From positions 1 through 64,000 of the IMG/VR virus record IMGVR_UViG_3300028797_000145: DNA of 64,000 nt. One strand, given 5' to 3'. The translations under genes and the position numbers were made by a program. The notes under the pieces were generated by a model. That model had not been told where the DNA came from and did not search any database. It saw only the letters and a list, made by a program, of their open reading frames with translations. The stretch's first letter is position 1. Every line of letters begins with the position of its first letter. This DNA is from a virus (taxonomy: Duplodnaviria; Caudoviricetes). This document shows, piece after piece, positions 1-9,029 of the stretch.

Positions 1-558
1 ATAAGGGGAGGGGGTGGTTTTTGCGAGACCCCCCTATACCCTCCTTTATAAATCTCCATAGGGGGCCAAATTGCTAAAAATTGATAATTTAGCAAAAATT
101 GAAAAATTCTAAAAATTGGCAAAAAATTCAAAAATTTTACAAAATTGGCCATTTTCTAAAAAAGCTACTTTTTGTAGAAGTAGTCCATAAGTCCAAAATA
201 GTGTTATTGCATAATTTTCTATCATTTTAGAGATTTTTATTAAATGAGTATTGATGTTATTCAAATGAAGTTGAATCAAAGCTATCCGAAACAGCTTGTG
301 GTAGCAATAGCAAACTAATCCAACTGGTTCAAAAGCTATTTGCACTCAATTTCTTGAACATTGAAAGAGAACTCTTTATTAGTTTTATTGTTTAATCAGA
401 CTAGTTAATAGCAACAAAAGAAGTAAAGCACTTAGCAGGAATGGTAACTGGGAGTCTGTCCCAAATGCATGGTATCCTTGATGCTCTTAAAGTCATGTGG
501 TATACAAATCTATTCATTCCCACTAGGTGCTTACTATTCATGTTAAAGTTACTATTGA

Positions 559-1223
559 AAATATCAATACCGAAATTCTTTCTTTTTAGCTAAAGGAGGT
601 GTATACCTCCAATAAGGCCTGTATTGGAAAGGTCATATGAAAATATCAATGCGGGTAAAACCGCCATATGTGAGCCCTATATAAGGCCCTATATAGCCAA
701 AAATATCAATGGCTCTATTGATGTTTTTACTGTCGAGGATCTATAGAGACTATTAATGAGCGAAAATATCAATTTGGGTTTGCTCATAGCCTCCATAGAC
801 CCTTATAAGTATGACAGAAAGGGGTTGCAAATATCAATGCACCACAATTAGGAAAGCACTAAGAGGCCTTGTTAGGCCTCCGAGTACTGTAAATATCAAT
901 TAGCGCTTGCTTGTACATAAGAATTGTGCCTATAAGGGCTACTATTCAATGAAAATATCAATACTGTCCAAGCTGCTTCTAATACTATTGTGTAGTAAGT
1001 AATGTTTAAGCGCTAAAAATATCAATGTGTCAAATCTGAAACCCAATTATTCCACTATTGGATACTATACAAAAGCCTTTCAGAGAAAAATATCAATGCT
1101 CTAATTAGCTCTTTTAAACGTATAGCATCTATAGCGGAGAAGTAATTGATAATCTTAAAAATATCAATGCTATTTAGTGTAGTCAGACGGCCGAACCTTC
1201 TTATACAGGTTGAAAATATCATT
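559..1223. repeat. Array of AAATATCAAT repeats with unique spacers (10 exact copies plus 1 variant)
   Basis: AAATATCAAT starts at 559, 641, 701, 764, 829, 891, 953, 1017, 1088, 1159; AAATATCATT at 1214. Spacings 82, 60, 63, 65, 62, 62, 64, 71, 71, 55 bp. The region is non-coding apart from the last copy. Confidence 0.9.
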
Positions 1224-1418
1224 GTCGATGATCTCGTCAATCCCTCTTTCAACTTCAGCATCCTGTTCTTCGTCTGTCATGTCATCTGTGATGTCACAAA
1301 CTCTGTCAAGATACGAACAACTGTTGTAACCTTTCTGGGAATCAAAAAGTAACCAGGAAGTGAAATCGTTGAACGGATTATACGGATTGTCAACCGTAGT
1401 AATTGCTACATTTGCCAT
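1170..1418 (-). CDS. Small phage hypothetical protein (acidic, DNPYNPF motif) downstream of the RNA polymerase gene
   Basis: 82-aa ORF with a good RBS, directly following the 956-aa ORF on the same strand. Confidence 0.75.
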   Translation of the reverse strand: MANVAITTVDNPYNPFNDFTSWLLFDSQKGYNSCSYLDRVCDITDDMTDEEQDAEVERGIDEIIDNDIFNLYKKVRPSDYTK

Positions 1419-1436
1419 TCTTATTCACTTCCTTTC

Positions 1437-4307
1437 TTAGTTTCCACCAGTAAGATACTTCGAAACTGTCGAAGTACTAAGTCCAAGAGCTTTCGCAATC
1501 TCAGAATTTGTCTTTCCCATTGCAGCCATCGAATTGATTCTCTGTTGTTTAGCAGGAGTAACTTCTTTGAACGATCTAGGAGTTGCTCTTTCTCTAAGTT
1601 TGTCAGTATCTGTATACTGGAGAATCTGTGATAGCTTGTTTTCGGAAATTGCTCCAGACTGAATAGCTTCCCATTCTTTGTCATCAATATCAATAGGGTT
1701 TCTTTTAGCTCCTGTCTGGATTCTAGCCTTTGTTAAAGCTTGTTGACTTAACTTCTGGTATTCTTTCTTGTTGTTCTTGACAGTAGGCTCCATAGCAACT
1801 CGTCTTGCTAACTCTCTGTTTGCTATTAATTGAGCCTGTGTTTCTTTTTGCTTATTAGACTGAGCAAATTTCAGTTTCTCATCTAGAGACTTTACCTGAT
1901 CCTGGTAAACTTTAGCTGCTTCTTTCTTATACTCAAGACGATTTGTGTAAACCATCTCTTTTCTTGCCTCATTAGCCAATGACTTCAATTTATTGGCATA
2001 ATCGGCATAAGCTAGCTCTATAGGATGCCTCTTTTCAGATATCAATTTATAGGCATCGTCTACTTCTGCCATTTGCTTACTTCCCTGGGTCTTTTGTTTG
2101 ATCTTCCCAGTTTCGTAATACTTGGTACGCTCCTTACCATTCTCATCAATATAAGTCTCATTGATGAATTTTCCATTCTTATCCTTCAAATATCTACCAG
2201 TCTCAGGATCTACTTTTCTGACCGGTTTTCTATCAGGATACTCGAGGTCATATGCATTCTTAAATATCAATGCCCCTTCAGGCTTCGACGGGTCATACCA
2301 CTTTTTACCCTTCTGATTGATATTTGCATCTCCTCTTCTTCGCAAAACTGTTTCCGGAGCAGACGCTCTAGATATAATAGTACTTGCTCCCATGCTATCT
2401 TTTCCGTTCTTTCCTTCATGGAGCATGTACTTCTTTCTCAAAAGGGAAATATCATTGTCTGCTTCGGACTGTTTGTAGTCCAAATGATGCTTTTCGGCAT
2501 CGATGACAACCATAGAATGCCTAACCGCTTTTTCGATTTCATCATCGCTTGCACCTTTGATGGTCATATCAGTTATCAAGTTAGAAACCCTGCCCATTTC
2601 CTGCTGGGTATTCTTCATCTCTTTCATTCCAGGACGATATGCATATTCCATCTTTGCATCGAAATCTTTAAGTCTTTCGAAAGGTGGTCTGGAATCGATC
2701 TTTATTTTATCATTTGTGGGAATAACCATAACCGTATCCCCATCAAAGTCGGCACCAGAAAGCTGATCTGCAACTTCTTTTCGAATTCCAACCGCATCTT
2801 TGGGGTTGGTTCCAAATATCCTTTTACCTTCAGCATTCTTATTGTTAACTGTCAAGATTGGAATCTCGAAAGTGCCTCCATGAGGAAATCTCACAAGTGC
2901 AACTTTTTCACCATCTTGATAGTTTGGTGCATAGATCTCATTCTGCTTCAAAGAAGTCAATGGTAATATAACTTGATACTGTTGTCTTGGTAAAGCAGCA
3001 GCTTTCAAATGAACAGAAGCGGAATCACAATTGTTAGCAAACTCTTTTAAAAGTTTCTTCTTAATTGTTGGGTTTTCAAGATTGTTAATCTCTGCAAACT
3101 CCGTTTCTTTATCCGCAATTGCTAGATCAAGCTGTCGGTTAACCAATTTTCTGTTCTGCTTTGCCAAAAACTGAGAAGGGAGGTCATGACTCCATTCGCC
3201 CCAATCACCTTCGTCGCCTCTTTTGTTAATTAGAGACATCTTTTCTTCACCGGTCTTGGGATCAATATAATCGTACTGGCCACCTTTCTCTTTTATCAAC
3301 GATCCAAATGGATTTTCCGGATCATTTTTGATCTTCTTAAGAACTGTGTTGTTCTTGTCATCTCCTAATATCGGAGTTCCTTGCTTCTTGTTAGTATTAA
3401 ATCTCACATCAATACCATCTGGAAGGTCATCAGCATATACAGCCATACCTTTCAAATAGTGAGTTCCATCAACAAGAATTCTAACCTGAGCATAGTTAGA
3501 CTCACCCAACGAAATATCAGGCACTCCTCGTCTAAGCTCAATCACACCGTCTTTGTCAACACCGCCTTCTTCAGCGTACTTGACTTCGAGTCTTTTAGGA
3601 TCCAAACTCTGAGGATATCTAAAAGGCTTAGTGATCTTTTCTCCATCCTTGGTCAAGATTTCATCGTTGGTGTGATCCTTCAATGTATGAAGCTTCGAGA
3701 AATCGTAAATATCTTTGTACTCTGTTCCAGGAGGGCACACAACACTAACTGTTGTATACTTTCCAGGATTTGTTACCTGAGGGATTCTACGATTATAAAC
3801 TTCATAGCCTTGCTGTTGTAAAAGCAATACAGCTTCGTCAAGTTTCTCTTTAGAAACCTGAATTCCTTCTTCTCGCTCTACACCGGGCGATAATATAATT
3901 GGTCCTTTACTGTCTACAGCATTCTTCAAAAACTGGGATGCAGTTTTAGCTTTGTTTGCCCGCTCAACTGCGTTCTCGTTGAGCAACGACCTTACAGAAC
4001 TCTCTCCAGCAAGACCAAGCTCTTTCGCAATTGCTTCTTTACTCCATCCATCATTTAGTAGCTTCTTAGCTTGAGCTCGCTGATCGTTCTTAACCTCATC
4101 CTTAGCCATACGATATATCTTTCTAAGCTGTGTGGTTGTTGTATTAAACTTCTCAGCGATTTCTTTTTCGCTCAATCCTTCTGACCTGTACTTGTTGTAT
4201 CTGGTGTAAACATCAGTCATGTGCTGAAACGGATTCTCACCAGAACCCCAAGGATATCTACCAGATCTGCGAGGCATGCCATAGTGCTCAAGTTCCATAA
4301 ATATCAA
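1437..4307 (-). CDS. Putative single-subunit two-barrel (YonO/RdRP-like) DNA-dependent RNA polymerase with three HTH motifs
   Basis: Catalytic-type LSGADFDGDTV motif (DxDGD), upstream RFPHGG and YLKGMAV motifs; HTH-like segments GLSEKEIAEKFNTT and GWSKEAIAKELGLAGESSVRSLL at the N-terminus and GKTNSEIAKALGLSTSTVSKYL at the C-terminus. The start may be Met at 4298. Confidence 0.75.
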   Translation of the reverse strand: MIFMELEHYGMPRRSGRYPWGSGENPFQHMTDVYTRYNKYRSEGLSEKEIAEKFNTTTTQLRKIYRMAKDEVKNDQRAQAKKLLNDGWSKEAIAKELGLAGESSVRSLLNENAVERANKAKTASQFLKNAVDSKGPIILSPGVEREEGIQVSKEKLDEAVLLLQQQGYEVYNRRIPQVTNPGKYTTVSVVCPPGTEYKDIYDFSKLHTLKDHTNDEILTKDGEKITKPFRYPQSLDPKRLEVKYAEEGGVDKDGVIELRRGVPDISLGESNYAQVRILVDGTHYLKGMAVYADDLPDGIDVRFNTNKKQGTPILGDDKNNTVLKKIKNDPENPFGSLIKEKGGQYDYIDPKTGEEKMSLINKRGDEGDWGEWSHDLPSQFLAKQNRKLVNRQLDLAIADKETEFAEINNLENPTIKKKLLKEFANNCDSASVHLKAAALPRQQYQVILPLTSLKQNEIYAPNYQDGEKVALVRFPHGGTFEIPILTVNNKNAEGKRIFGTNPKDAVGIRKEVADQLSGADFDGDTVMVIPTNDKIKIDSRPPFERLKDFDAKMEYAYRPGMKEMKNTQQEMGRVSNLITDMTIKGASDDEIEKAVRHSMVVIDAEKHHLDYKQSEADNDISLLRKKYMLHEGKNGKDSMGASTIISRASAPETVLRRRGDANINQKGKKWYDPSKPEGALIFKNAYDLEYPDRKPVRKVDPETGRYLKDKNGKFINETYIDENGKERTKYYETGKIKQKTQGSKQMAEVDDAYKLISEKRHPIELAYADYANKLKSLANEARKEMVYTNRLEYKKEAAKVYQDQVKSLDEKLKFAQSNKQKETQAQLIANRELARRVAMEPTVKNNKKEYQKLSQQALTKARIQTGAKRNPIDIDDKEWEAIQSGAISENKLSQILQYTDTDKLRERATPRSFKEVTPAKQQRINSMAAMGKTNSEIAKALGLSTSTVSKYLTGGN

Positions 4308-4864
4308 TCCTCCTCGCTCTTAATCTTGGTGATGATCTTGTCAAAAGTAATGATCTTGTCCATGATCGGTGCAATGTCTTCCACCGTAGGATTGCATACT
4401 AAAATATCATCGTTCTGGTAGATACGCAGTTCCATTCCCAAGTCTGCTGGCTTGTACTTGTACTCCAAACAGAACAGAGCTGCATAAATCATTAACTGTT
4501 CCATGTGTGCTGGTATCAGACCAGTCTTCAAATCGTGAATTCTCAAAAGACCTTTCTTGTCCAATACAATTGCATCAGCTGTGCCGAAACAGTTGTCTGA
4601 AAAATATAAAACCTGCTCCGGTTTCATTCCGAAACCAATAGCATCATTCACGTACATGTTCAAAGTTTTCTGAGATCTTGGTAATCTCTGGTCCAACTTG
4701 ATACAAGTAGCCGCAAACTCATGAAGTTCAGTACCTCTTAAAGTTGCGAGGTGTTTAGAATATACCTCACCAATCTTTTCCGGATCGTAATTGATCCAGT
4801 GGTACTTACTTGCTCCGAGGAATGCGTGCTGTCCTACTAGGTTTGAATGCTTGTTCCAAATCAT
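4304..4864 (-). CDS. PD-(D/E)XK exonuclease (Cas4/DUF2800-like)
   Basis: CFGTADAI ... IHDLKTG ... QLMIYA motifs typical of phage RecB/Cas4-like nucleases. Confidence 0.7.
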   Translation of the reverse strand: MIWNKHSNLVGQHAFLGASKYHWINYDPEKIGEVYSKHLATLRGTELHEFAATCIKLDQRLPRSQKTLNMYVNDAIGFGMKPEQVLYFSDNCFGTADAIVLDKKGLLRIHDLKTGLIPAHMEQLMIYAALFCLEYKYKPADLGMELRIYQNDDILVCNPTVEDIAPIMDKIITFDKIITKIKSEED

Positions 4865-5126
4865 CGAGAACCTCCTCCTTGTTCTCAGGACTAATAAATC
4901 TTGAGAACGACATCTTGTTCATCAACTCAACATAGTATGGTTGATTAGGTCTCTTTTTGGCATTCTTCTCCTTTTTGCATTCCAGGGTTGCCCACTTCTT
5001 CTTGTACAATATCAATAGGTCGGGTACTCCTTGTTTGTACCTGGGATCCAGTTTCATTACCAAGCAACCTTCAAACCTTTCTTTTAGCTCTTTAATGAGC
5101 TTGGATTGAAAATCACTTTCCTTCAT
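4806..5126 (-). CDS. VRR-NUC domain nuclease (Holliday junction resolvase-like)
   Basis: MKESDFQSKL...GVPDLLIL...LECKK...RPNQ pattern; start moved to MKESDF at 5126. Confidence 0.75.
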   Translation of the reverse strand: MKESDFQSKLIKELKERFEGCLVMKLDPRYKQGVPDLLILYKKKWATLECKKEKNAKKRPNQPYYVELMNKMSFSRFISPENKEEVLDDLEQAFKPSRTARIPRSK

Positions 5127-5201
5127 AAGCAACGTCCTTTCAAAAGCAAAGAGAGAAAGAAATTTTTGTGCGTACAAAAAGTGCGCATAAAACGTCTCTC
5201 T

Positions 5202-5230
5202 CTCATAAAAGGGCATGATTTTTCTGCGAA
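5202..5230 (-). promoter_or_regulatory. Phage-specific promoter-like element (TTCGCA-N14-TTTTATGAG) upstream of the nuclease/RNAP operon
   Basis: Same 29-bp architecture as 17 other copies (see findings). Confidence 0.65.
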
Positions 5231-5282
5231 TGCCAAAAATATAAATTTTGTTAGTAGTCGGAACTTCTATACTCTGTTCTAC

Positions 5283-5621
5283 TCAGCTGTAAATATCCTC
5301 GTAGTCTAGAAATGCTCTGCTATTCTGTTCCAACTGCTCGAATACTACTTTCTCCTTTACTTCATCTTCACATTTCTTGCAAACAAACTTGCCTTCCATC
5401 CATCCGTCTGATGACTCATAGTCGAGATACTCATTACACTTCTCACAGAAGACTGCTATCTGCAAAATATCATTAGGGCTTTTGTCTGTCTTGTTGGTCT
5501 TTCCTCTAAGTTCATCTTCACCAACTTTAACACACTCGCTCTTAGCCACCAACTTCCCATTAATCTCTTTAAAGACAATTACAAAGTCTTGTCCGTAAAT
5601 ATCATTGTACTCATCTCTCAT
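5283..5621 (-). CDS. Hypothetical protein with C-terminal Zn ribbon (CEKC...CKKC)
   Basis: 112-aa ORF with two CxxC pairs. Confidence 0.65.
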   Translation of the reverse strand: MRDEYNDIYGQDFVIVFKEINGKLVAKSECVKVGEDELRGKTNKTDKSPNDILQIAVFCEKCNEYLDYESSDGWMEGKFVCKKCEDEVKEKVVFEQLEQNSRAFLDYEDIYS

Positions 5622-5734
5622 TCACTCACCGACTTTCTCAACCAGATCTCAAAAATATCAACAACCGCAAAACTAAAAGTTATTGCAATTGTACCTATAC
5701 CTCTGTTGAAAGTCAACAAGCTTCAAAGAAAATA

Positions 5735-6079
5735 TCATTCCGCGTACGGACACTCTCCAACAAACTCCGGATCTTTCTCTTTATCCTTCTTCTTATCTCT
5801 GCGATCTTTCACGAAAGCAATCACAACATCTTTTCGACAGAGTAACATTCCTCCGGTCTTAATCCCGTTGCATGCTTTCTCAACTTTGAACAAGTTGTAT
5901 CCTTCGTCAGAGAGTTCACCAAGAATATCAATAAACTCATTGTACGTAATTGAGCCGCACTCCTCAGAGCTCATCAATTCCGTGGTGATGTTAACTCCAC
6001 CTTCCTTGTCCGCTTTCTCCCTTAACCACTCTTTAACTTTTTTGTAGTCAGGAGATCTCTTGATCAACTTATTACTCAT
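5735..6079 (-). CDS. Hypothetical protein
   Basis: 114-aa ORF on the coding strand, composition like its neighbours. Confidence 0.6.
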   Translation of the reverse strand: MSNKLIKRSPDYKKVKEWLREKADKEGGVNITTELMSSEECGSITYNEFIDILGELSDEGYNLFKVEKACNGIKTGGMLLCRKDVVIAFVKDRRDKKKDKEKDPEFVGECPYAE

Positions 6080-6084
6080 AAGTC

Positions 6085-6550
6085 ACAAATCCGTCCTTTC
6101 TCCAAAAATATCATTTACAGCAACCTCAACACTAAAAATCACAATTACACATTTTTGTCCGTACATTAATCACAATTTGTTCACAATTTCTACATCACCG
6201 ATTATTGTCCGTACATTAATCACAAAAATCCTCAATTTTTACCTCGTGGCCAAAAACCCAAAAATTTTCGCTAAAACTTTTTATTTTTAGGTCTAGAATT
6301 TAAAAAGTCTTAAAAAAAAAATGGGTTTTTGGGCTTTTTCTGTACGTACAAAAACGTCTAGCCCAGTGTTTATCGGGGTTTGCGGGGTATGAGTCCGTGG
6401 CCAAACTATCAAAAAAAAATGGGCGAAAAGCCCAAATATTTGGGCGAAATCGACATTTTTTGCAAATTTTCATTTTTGTGCACACAACAATTTTCACGAT
6501 TTTTTGCAAAAACCCAAATTTTCCAAAAATATTTGGCCACAAAATTCACA
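6085..6550. repeat. AT-rich, A/T-tract non-coding region with direct repeats (origin-like)
   Basis: TGTCCGTACATTAATCACAA exact at 6156-6175 and 6206-6225; recurrent (C/G)TGGCCAAA/TTGGCCAC and AAAACCCAAA; long A/T runs. The ORFs here translate to low-complexity K/F-rich shadows. Confidence 0.55.
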
Positions 6551-6554
6551 CTTT

Positions 6555-6791
6555 TTACCCAACTTTTTCTGTTTTTGTCCGTACAAATTCGACCAGTTTT
6601 TGGCTACATTTTCGACAAAAATGCTGAATTTTACCATTATTTGAGTACAAATTCACCTGAATTTTATCCCGATTTGCCTTCGAATTACCCATATGTTCCT
6701 TCGGAATAGCCTCTCCGCACATGTCACAATGGTAAAATATCACCTGAATTGGGCCAAATTCACCCCTAAAATCCTCTCTAAAGACCTCCAT
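6555..6791 (-). CDS. Small Zn-binding hypothetical protein (CDMC...CRKC)
   Basis: RBS GGAGG, two CxxC pairs. Confidence 0.6.
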   Translation of the reverse strand: MEVFREDFRGEFGPIQVIFYHCDMCGEAIPKEHMGNSKANRDKIQVNLYSNNGKIQHFCRKCSQKLVEFVRTKTEKVG

Positions 6792-6808
6792 TTGACCTAA
6801 ATTACCTC

Positions 6809-6994
6809 CTATCTAGTCAAAAATATATAGGCCAGAACTGCAAAAAAGTACAAAATTACTGTGAAATCAGCGAAATTTGCGCCATTTGCATCCTCTTTAC
6901 CTACATTCGCAGCCAGCGTTATAGAGTATGTAATTAGGAATAGAAGGCTTAAGAACACCAAAAAGCATCTTAAAAATATCATTATTACCTCCAT
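6809..6994 (-). CDS. Small two-TM membrane protein
   Basis: 61 aa with two hydrophobic stretches; RBS GGAGG before the internal Met. Confidence 0.6.
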   Translation of the reverse strand: MEVIMIFLRCFLVFLSLLFLITYSITLAANVGKEDANGANFADFTVILYFFAVLAYIFLTR

Positions 6995-7162
6995 TTATCG
7001 ATAAAGCGTCCGTACACGGTCTTCAAAGTCATCCAAAATCTTTACTTTTTACATTTCCGGCCGAAAATATCACTTCAGAATACCTCTGTAAGGCCCAAAA
7101 TGGCCCATATAGAGCCTCCAAAAACCGCGTACAAACGCTATCGATCAACCTTTTAAAGCCTC

Positions 7163-7366
7163 TTAAATATAATTGTACGAGGCACAGGCCTTACAATCTG
7201 AGCATTGACGCTCAATACGTTCAGCCTTTATCAACTCATCAATACGCTCTTTTGACGTATTAGAAGCTACTTTCATTACACATTCCGGCATTTGATTCTT
7301 GCGAATATCCGAATCTGTGTAGCGAAGACCGGTAATTACACCGACATACTCAATTCCATTGCTCAT
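7163..7366 (-). CDS. Small hypothetical protein
   Basis: Adjacent to the upstream ORF, C-terminal CxxC pairs. Confidence 0.55.
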   Translation of the reverse strand: MSNGIEYVGVITGLRYTDSDIRKNQMPECVMKVASNTSKERIDELIKAERIERQCSDCKACASYNYI

Positions 7367-7603
7367 CTAGCAACCTCCTTTGCAACCAATATCAAGTTCT
7401 GTTCTTGGAAGGTTGTTTTCGTCTCCGCTTTTAGGTGGATTATCATGATAGTACTCAGATACGAGTTTTACCATCATGTGTTCCTTTGCTTCTTTTCGAC
7501 TACACCCTTCCTTTCTGCAGTATCGATCAATGTAACCATCGATAAGTTCCTGGATCTGTTCCTCTGTAGATTTTTTGTTATCTGCCAATGTCCTTTCCTC
7601 CAT
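7367..7603 (-). CDS. Small phage hypothetical protein
   Basis: 78 aa, good RBS, operonic spacing. Confidence 0.6.
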   Translation of the reverse strand: MEERTLADNKKSTEEQIQELIDGYIDRYCRKEGCSRKEAKEHMMVKLVSEYYHDNPPKSGDENNLPRTELDIGCKGGC

Positions 7604-7612
7604 TTACAAATA

Positions 7613-7852
7613 TCACCCGCGAACAATACCTTCTGATCCGGTATTACGAATGTTTACACGCGCAACCCCATTGTTCCAGTTCACAATAGCCAATGTCTCT
7701 GTCGGTGCTGTAAACTCCTGGTTAAACTTACAATCCAGTGACCCACATTTCAGAGAATATCTTTTTACCATTTCTGAAGGATCAGGGTGTCTCTTCACTT
7801 TAGGAGTATTTCCGCACTTAGGACAGGGGAGAATGTGAAAATTTGACTGCAT
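7613..7852 (-). CDS. Lar-family restriction alleviation-like Zn-finger protein
   Basis: LPCPKCG...CGSLDC...LAIVNWNN matches the Lar-like pattern (LxPCPFCG...C..C...A...WN). Confidence 0.55.
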   Translation of the reverse strand: MQSNFHILPCPKCGNTPKVKRHPDPSEMVKRYSLKCGSLDCKFNQEFTAPTETLAIVNWNNGVARVNIRNTGSEGIVRG

Positions 7853-8156
7853 TTCTTCTATACCTCTCTTTCAACTCAAGTAATTCTTCCAGCGTTTCGC
7901 TGTCCCTCTTAAGTAATTCTTGATGCTCACGTCTCAAACTCAGATAGTTAGACAAGAGATTTGCATACTTGTATACGAGAAGATTGTACTCTGCGTGAAT
8001 ATCATTGTCTTCCCATTCAGAAGCCTCGTCTAAGTAATCACTAAGCCCAGCCTCATCGAGATCTCCACACGTGTCTTCATCGTAGAGAATATCCTCCTCT
8101 ACCTCATCTTCTAAGTATTGGTGCTCAGGTTCGAACACTTTCTTTATACTGATCAT
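7818..8156 (-). CDS. Acidic coiled-coil hypothetical protein
   Basis: 112 aa, D/E-rich N-half and heptad-like C-half. Confidence 0.6.
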   Translation of the reverse strand: MISIKKVFEPEHQYLEDEVEEDILYDEDTCGDLDEAGLSDYLDEASEWEDNDIHAEYNLLVYKYANLLSNYLSLRREHQELLKRDSETLEELLELKERYRRNAVKFSHSPLS

Positions 8157-8167
8157 TTATTACCTCC

Positions 8168-8419
8168 TCATTCATCTTCTCTAAGCGAATCAATCATGGC
8201 TTCAATGTGATCACGGATGAAGTCCAGTTTGCATCGTTCAAGTTCTTTAGGTGCAACCACCCAGGTAATTTTTGCATCTGTGTCTTTGTCAAGAACCACG
8301 ATACGAATATAACCAGACTTTCCAAGTCGTCCTTTATTAAATGTAAAAGAGACTTCGAAGTTTTCCGGAATGAACACATTGTCCAATTCAGAATATAACT
8401 TGTATAAACAGCTGCTCAA
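8168..8419 (-). CDS. Hypothetical protein
   Basis: 83 aa, 4-bp overlap with the upstream gene. Confidence 0.6.
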   Translation of the reverse strand: MSSCLYKLYSELDNVFIPENFEVSFTFNKGRLGKSGYIRIVVLDKDTDAKITWVVAPKELERCKLDFIRDHIEAMIDSLREDE

Positions 8420-8775
8420 TTAATCACTTCCTTTTTTAAATTGTATTTGAAGAACGCTTTACGATTCTCGAAATTCTTTGGATCGTACGTACCATTCTTC
8501 AAAGCTTCGTAAATATCATGCTCCATGCTCTTAAGGAACTCCCACTCAAACCAGAATCGGCCATACCTTTCGGACTCATATAGAATGATTACCCAGCCTT
8601 CATCTAGTTCCGAGTTAAATATCCCGGTGATAGCAAATGATAGAGAGCAAGGATCGACTACTTCCATGTATTTCTTGAGAGCGTCATTACACTCACCAAA
8701 ATATAAGAAGTTAGCTTTACTTCCGATCTTGACTTTTTCTCCTTTGTACGCGTCAATAGCTTCTTCAAGAGTCAT
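8416..8775 (-). CDS. Hypothetical protein
   Basis: Start moved to MTLEE (RBS GGAG upstream). Confidence 0.55.
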   Translation of the reverse strand: MTLEEAIDAYKGEKVKIGSKANFLYFGECNDALKKYMEVVDPCSLSFAITGIFNSELDEGWVIILYESERYGRFWFEWEFLKSMEHDIYEALKNGTYDPKNFENRKAFFKYNLKKEVIN

Positions 8776-9029
8776 ATTCCAAACTCCTCCAGTTCCGAGT
8801 AAAATATCAACAAGGCTTAAGTTTGTCCGTACTGATCCAAGCACCTGCGGGACTACCACTGCTTAGTTTTACATCATCCGACCAGTACTTCTGTTCGTAA
8901 GGGTGCCGGTGAGTGAACAAGTACTTTTTGCCGTTATACAAGAAATATCTTCCTGCGAAAGGCGGTTTCTTTACGGACAGGTTAGCCTCAATCACCATGT
9001 CGTAATCCTTCATCTCAAGTTCTTTCTCT

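Noticed and set aside
109-345. 78-aa ORF near the left end
   Set aside because: Low-complexity translation of phased A/T tracts, no RBS.
559-1168. CRISPR array
   Set aside because: The repeat is only 10-11 bp, spacers are about 50-70 bp, there is no cas operon, and the same motif is scattered genome-wide. The 4304-4864 nuclease is an ordinary phage Cas4-like exonuclease.
6060-6709. ORFs 6060-6290, 6300-6542, 6380-6709 and 6397-6627
   Set aside because: K/F/N-rich products that arise from homopolymer tracts in the origin-like region.
7104-7131. Additional copy of the 29-bp promoter element (TACGCG-N13-CTATATGGG)
   Set aside because: The spacer is one base short and lacks the CAY core; not counted.
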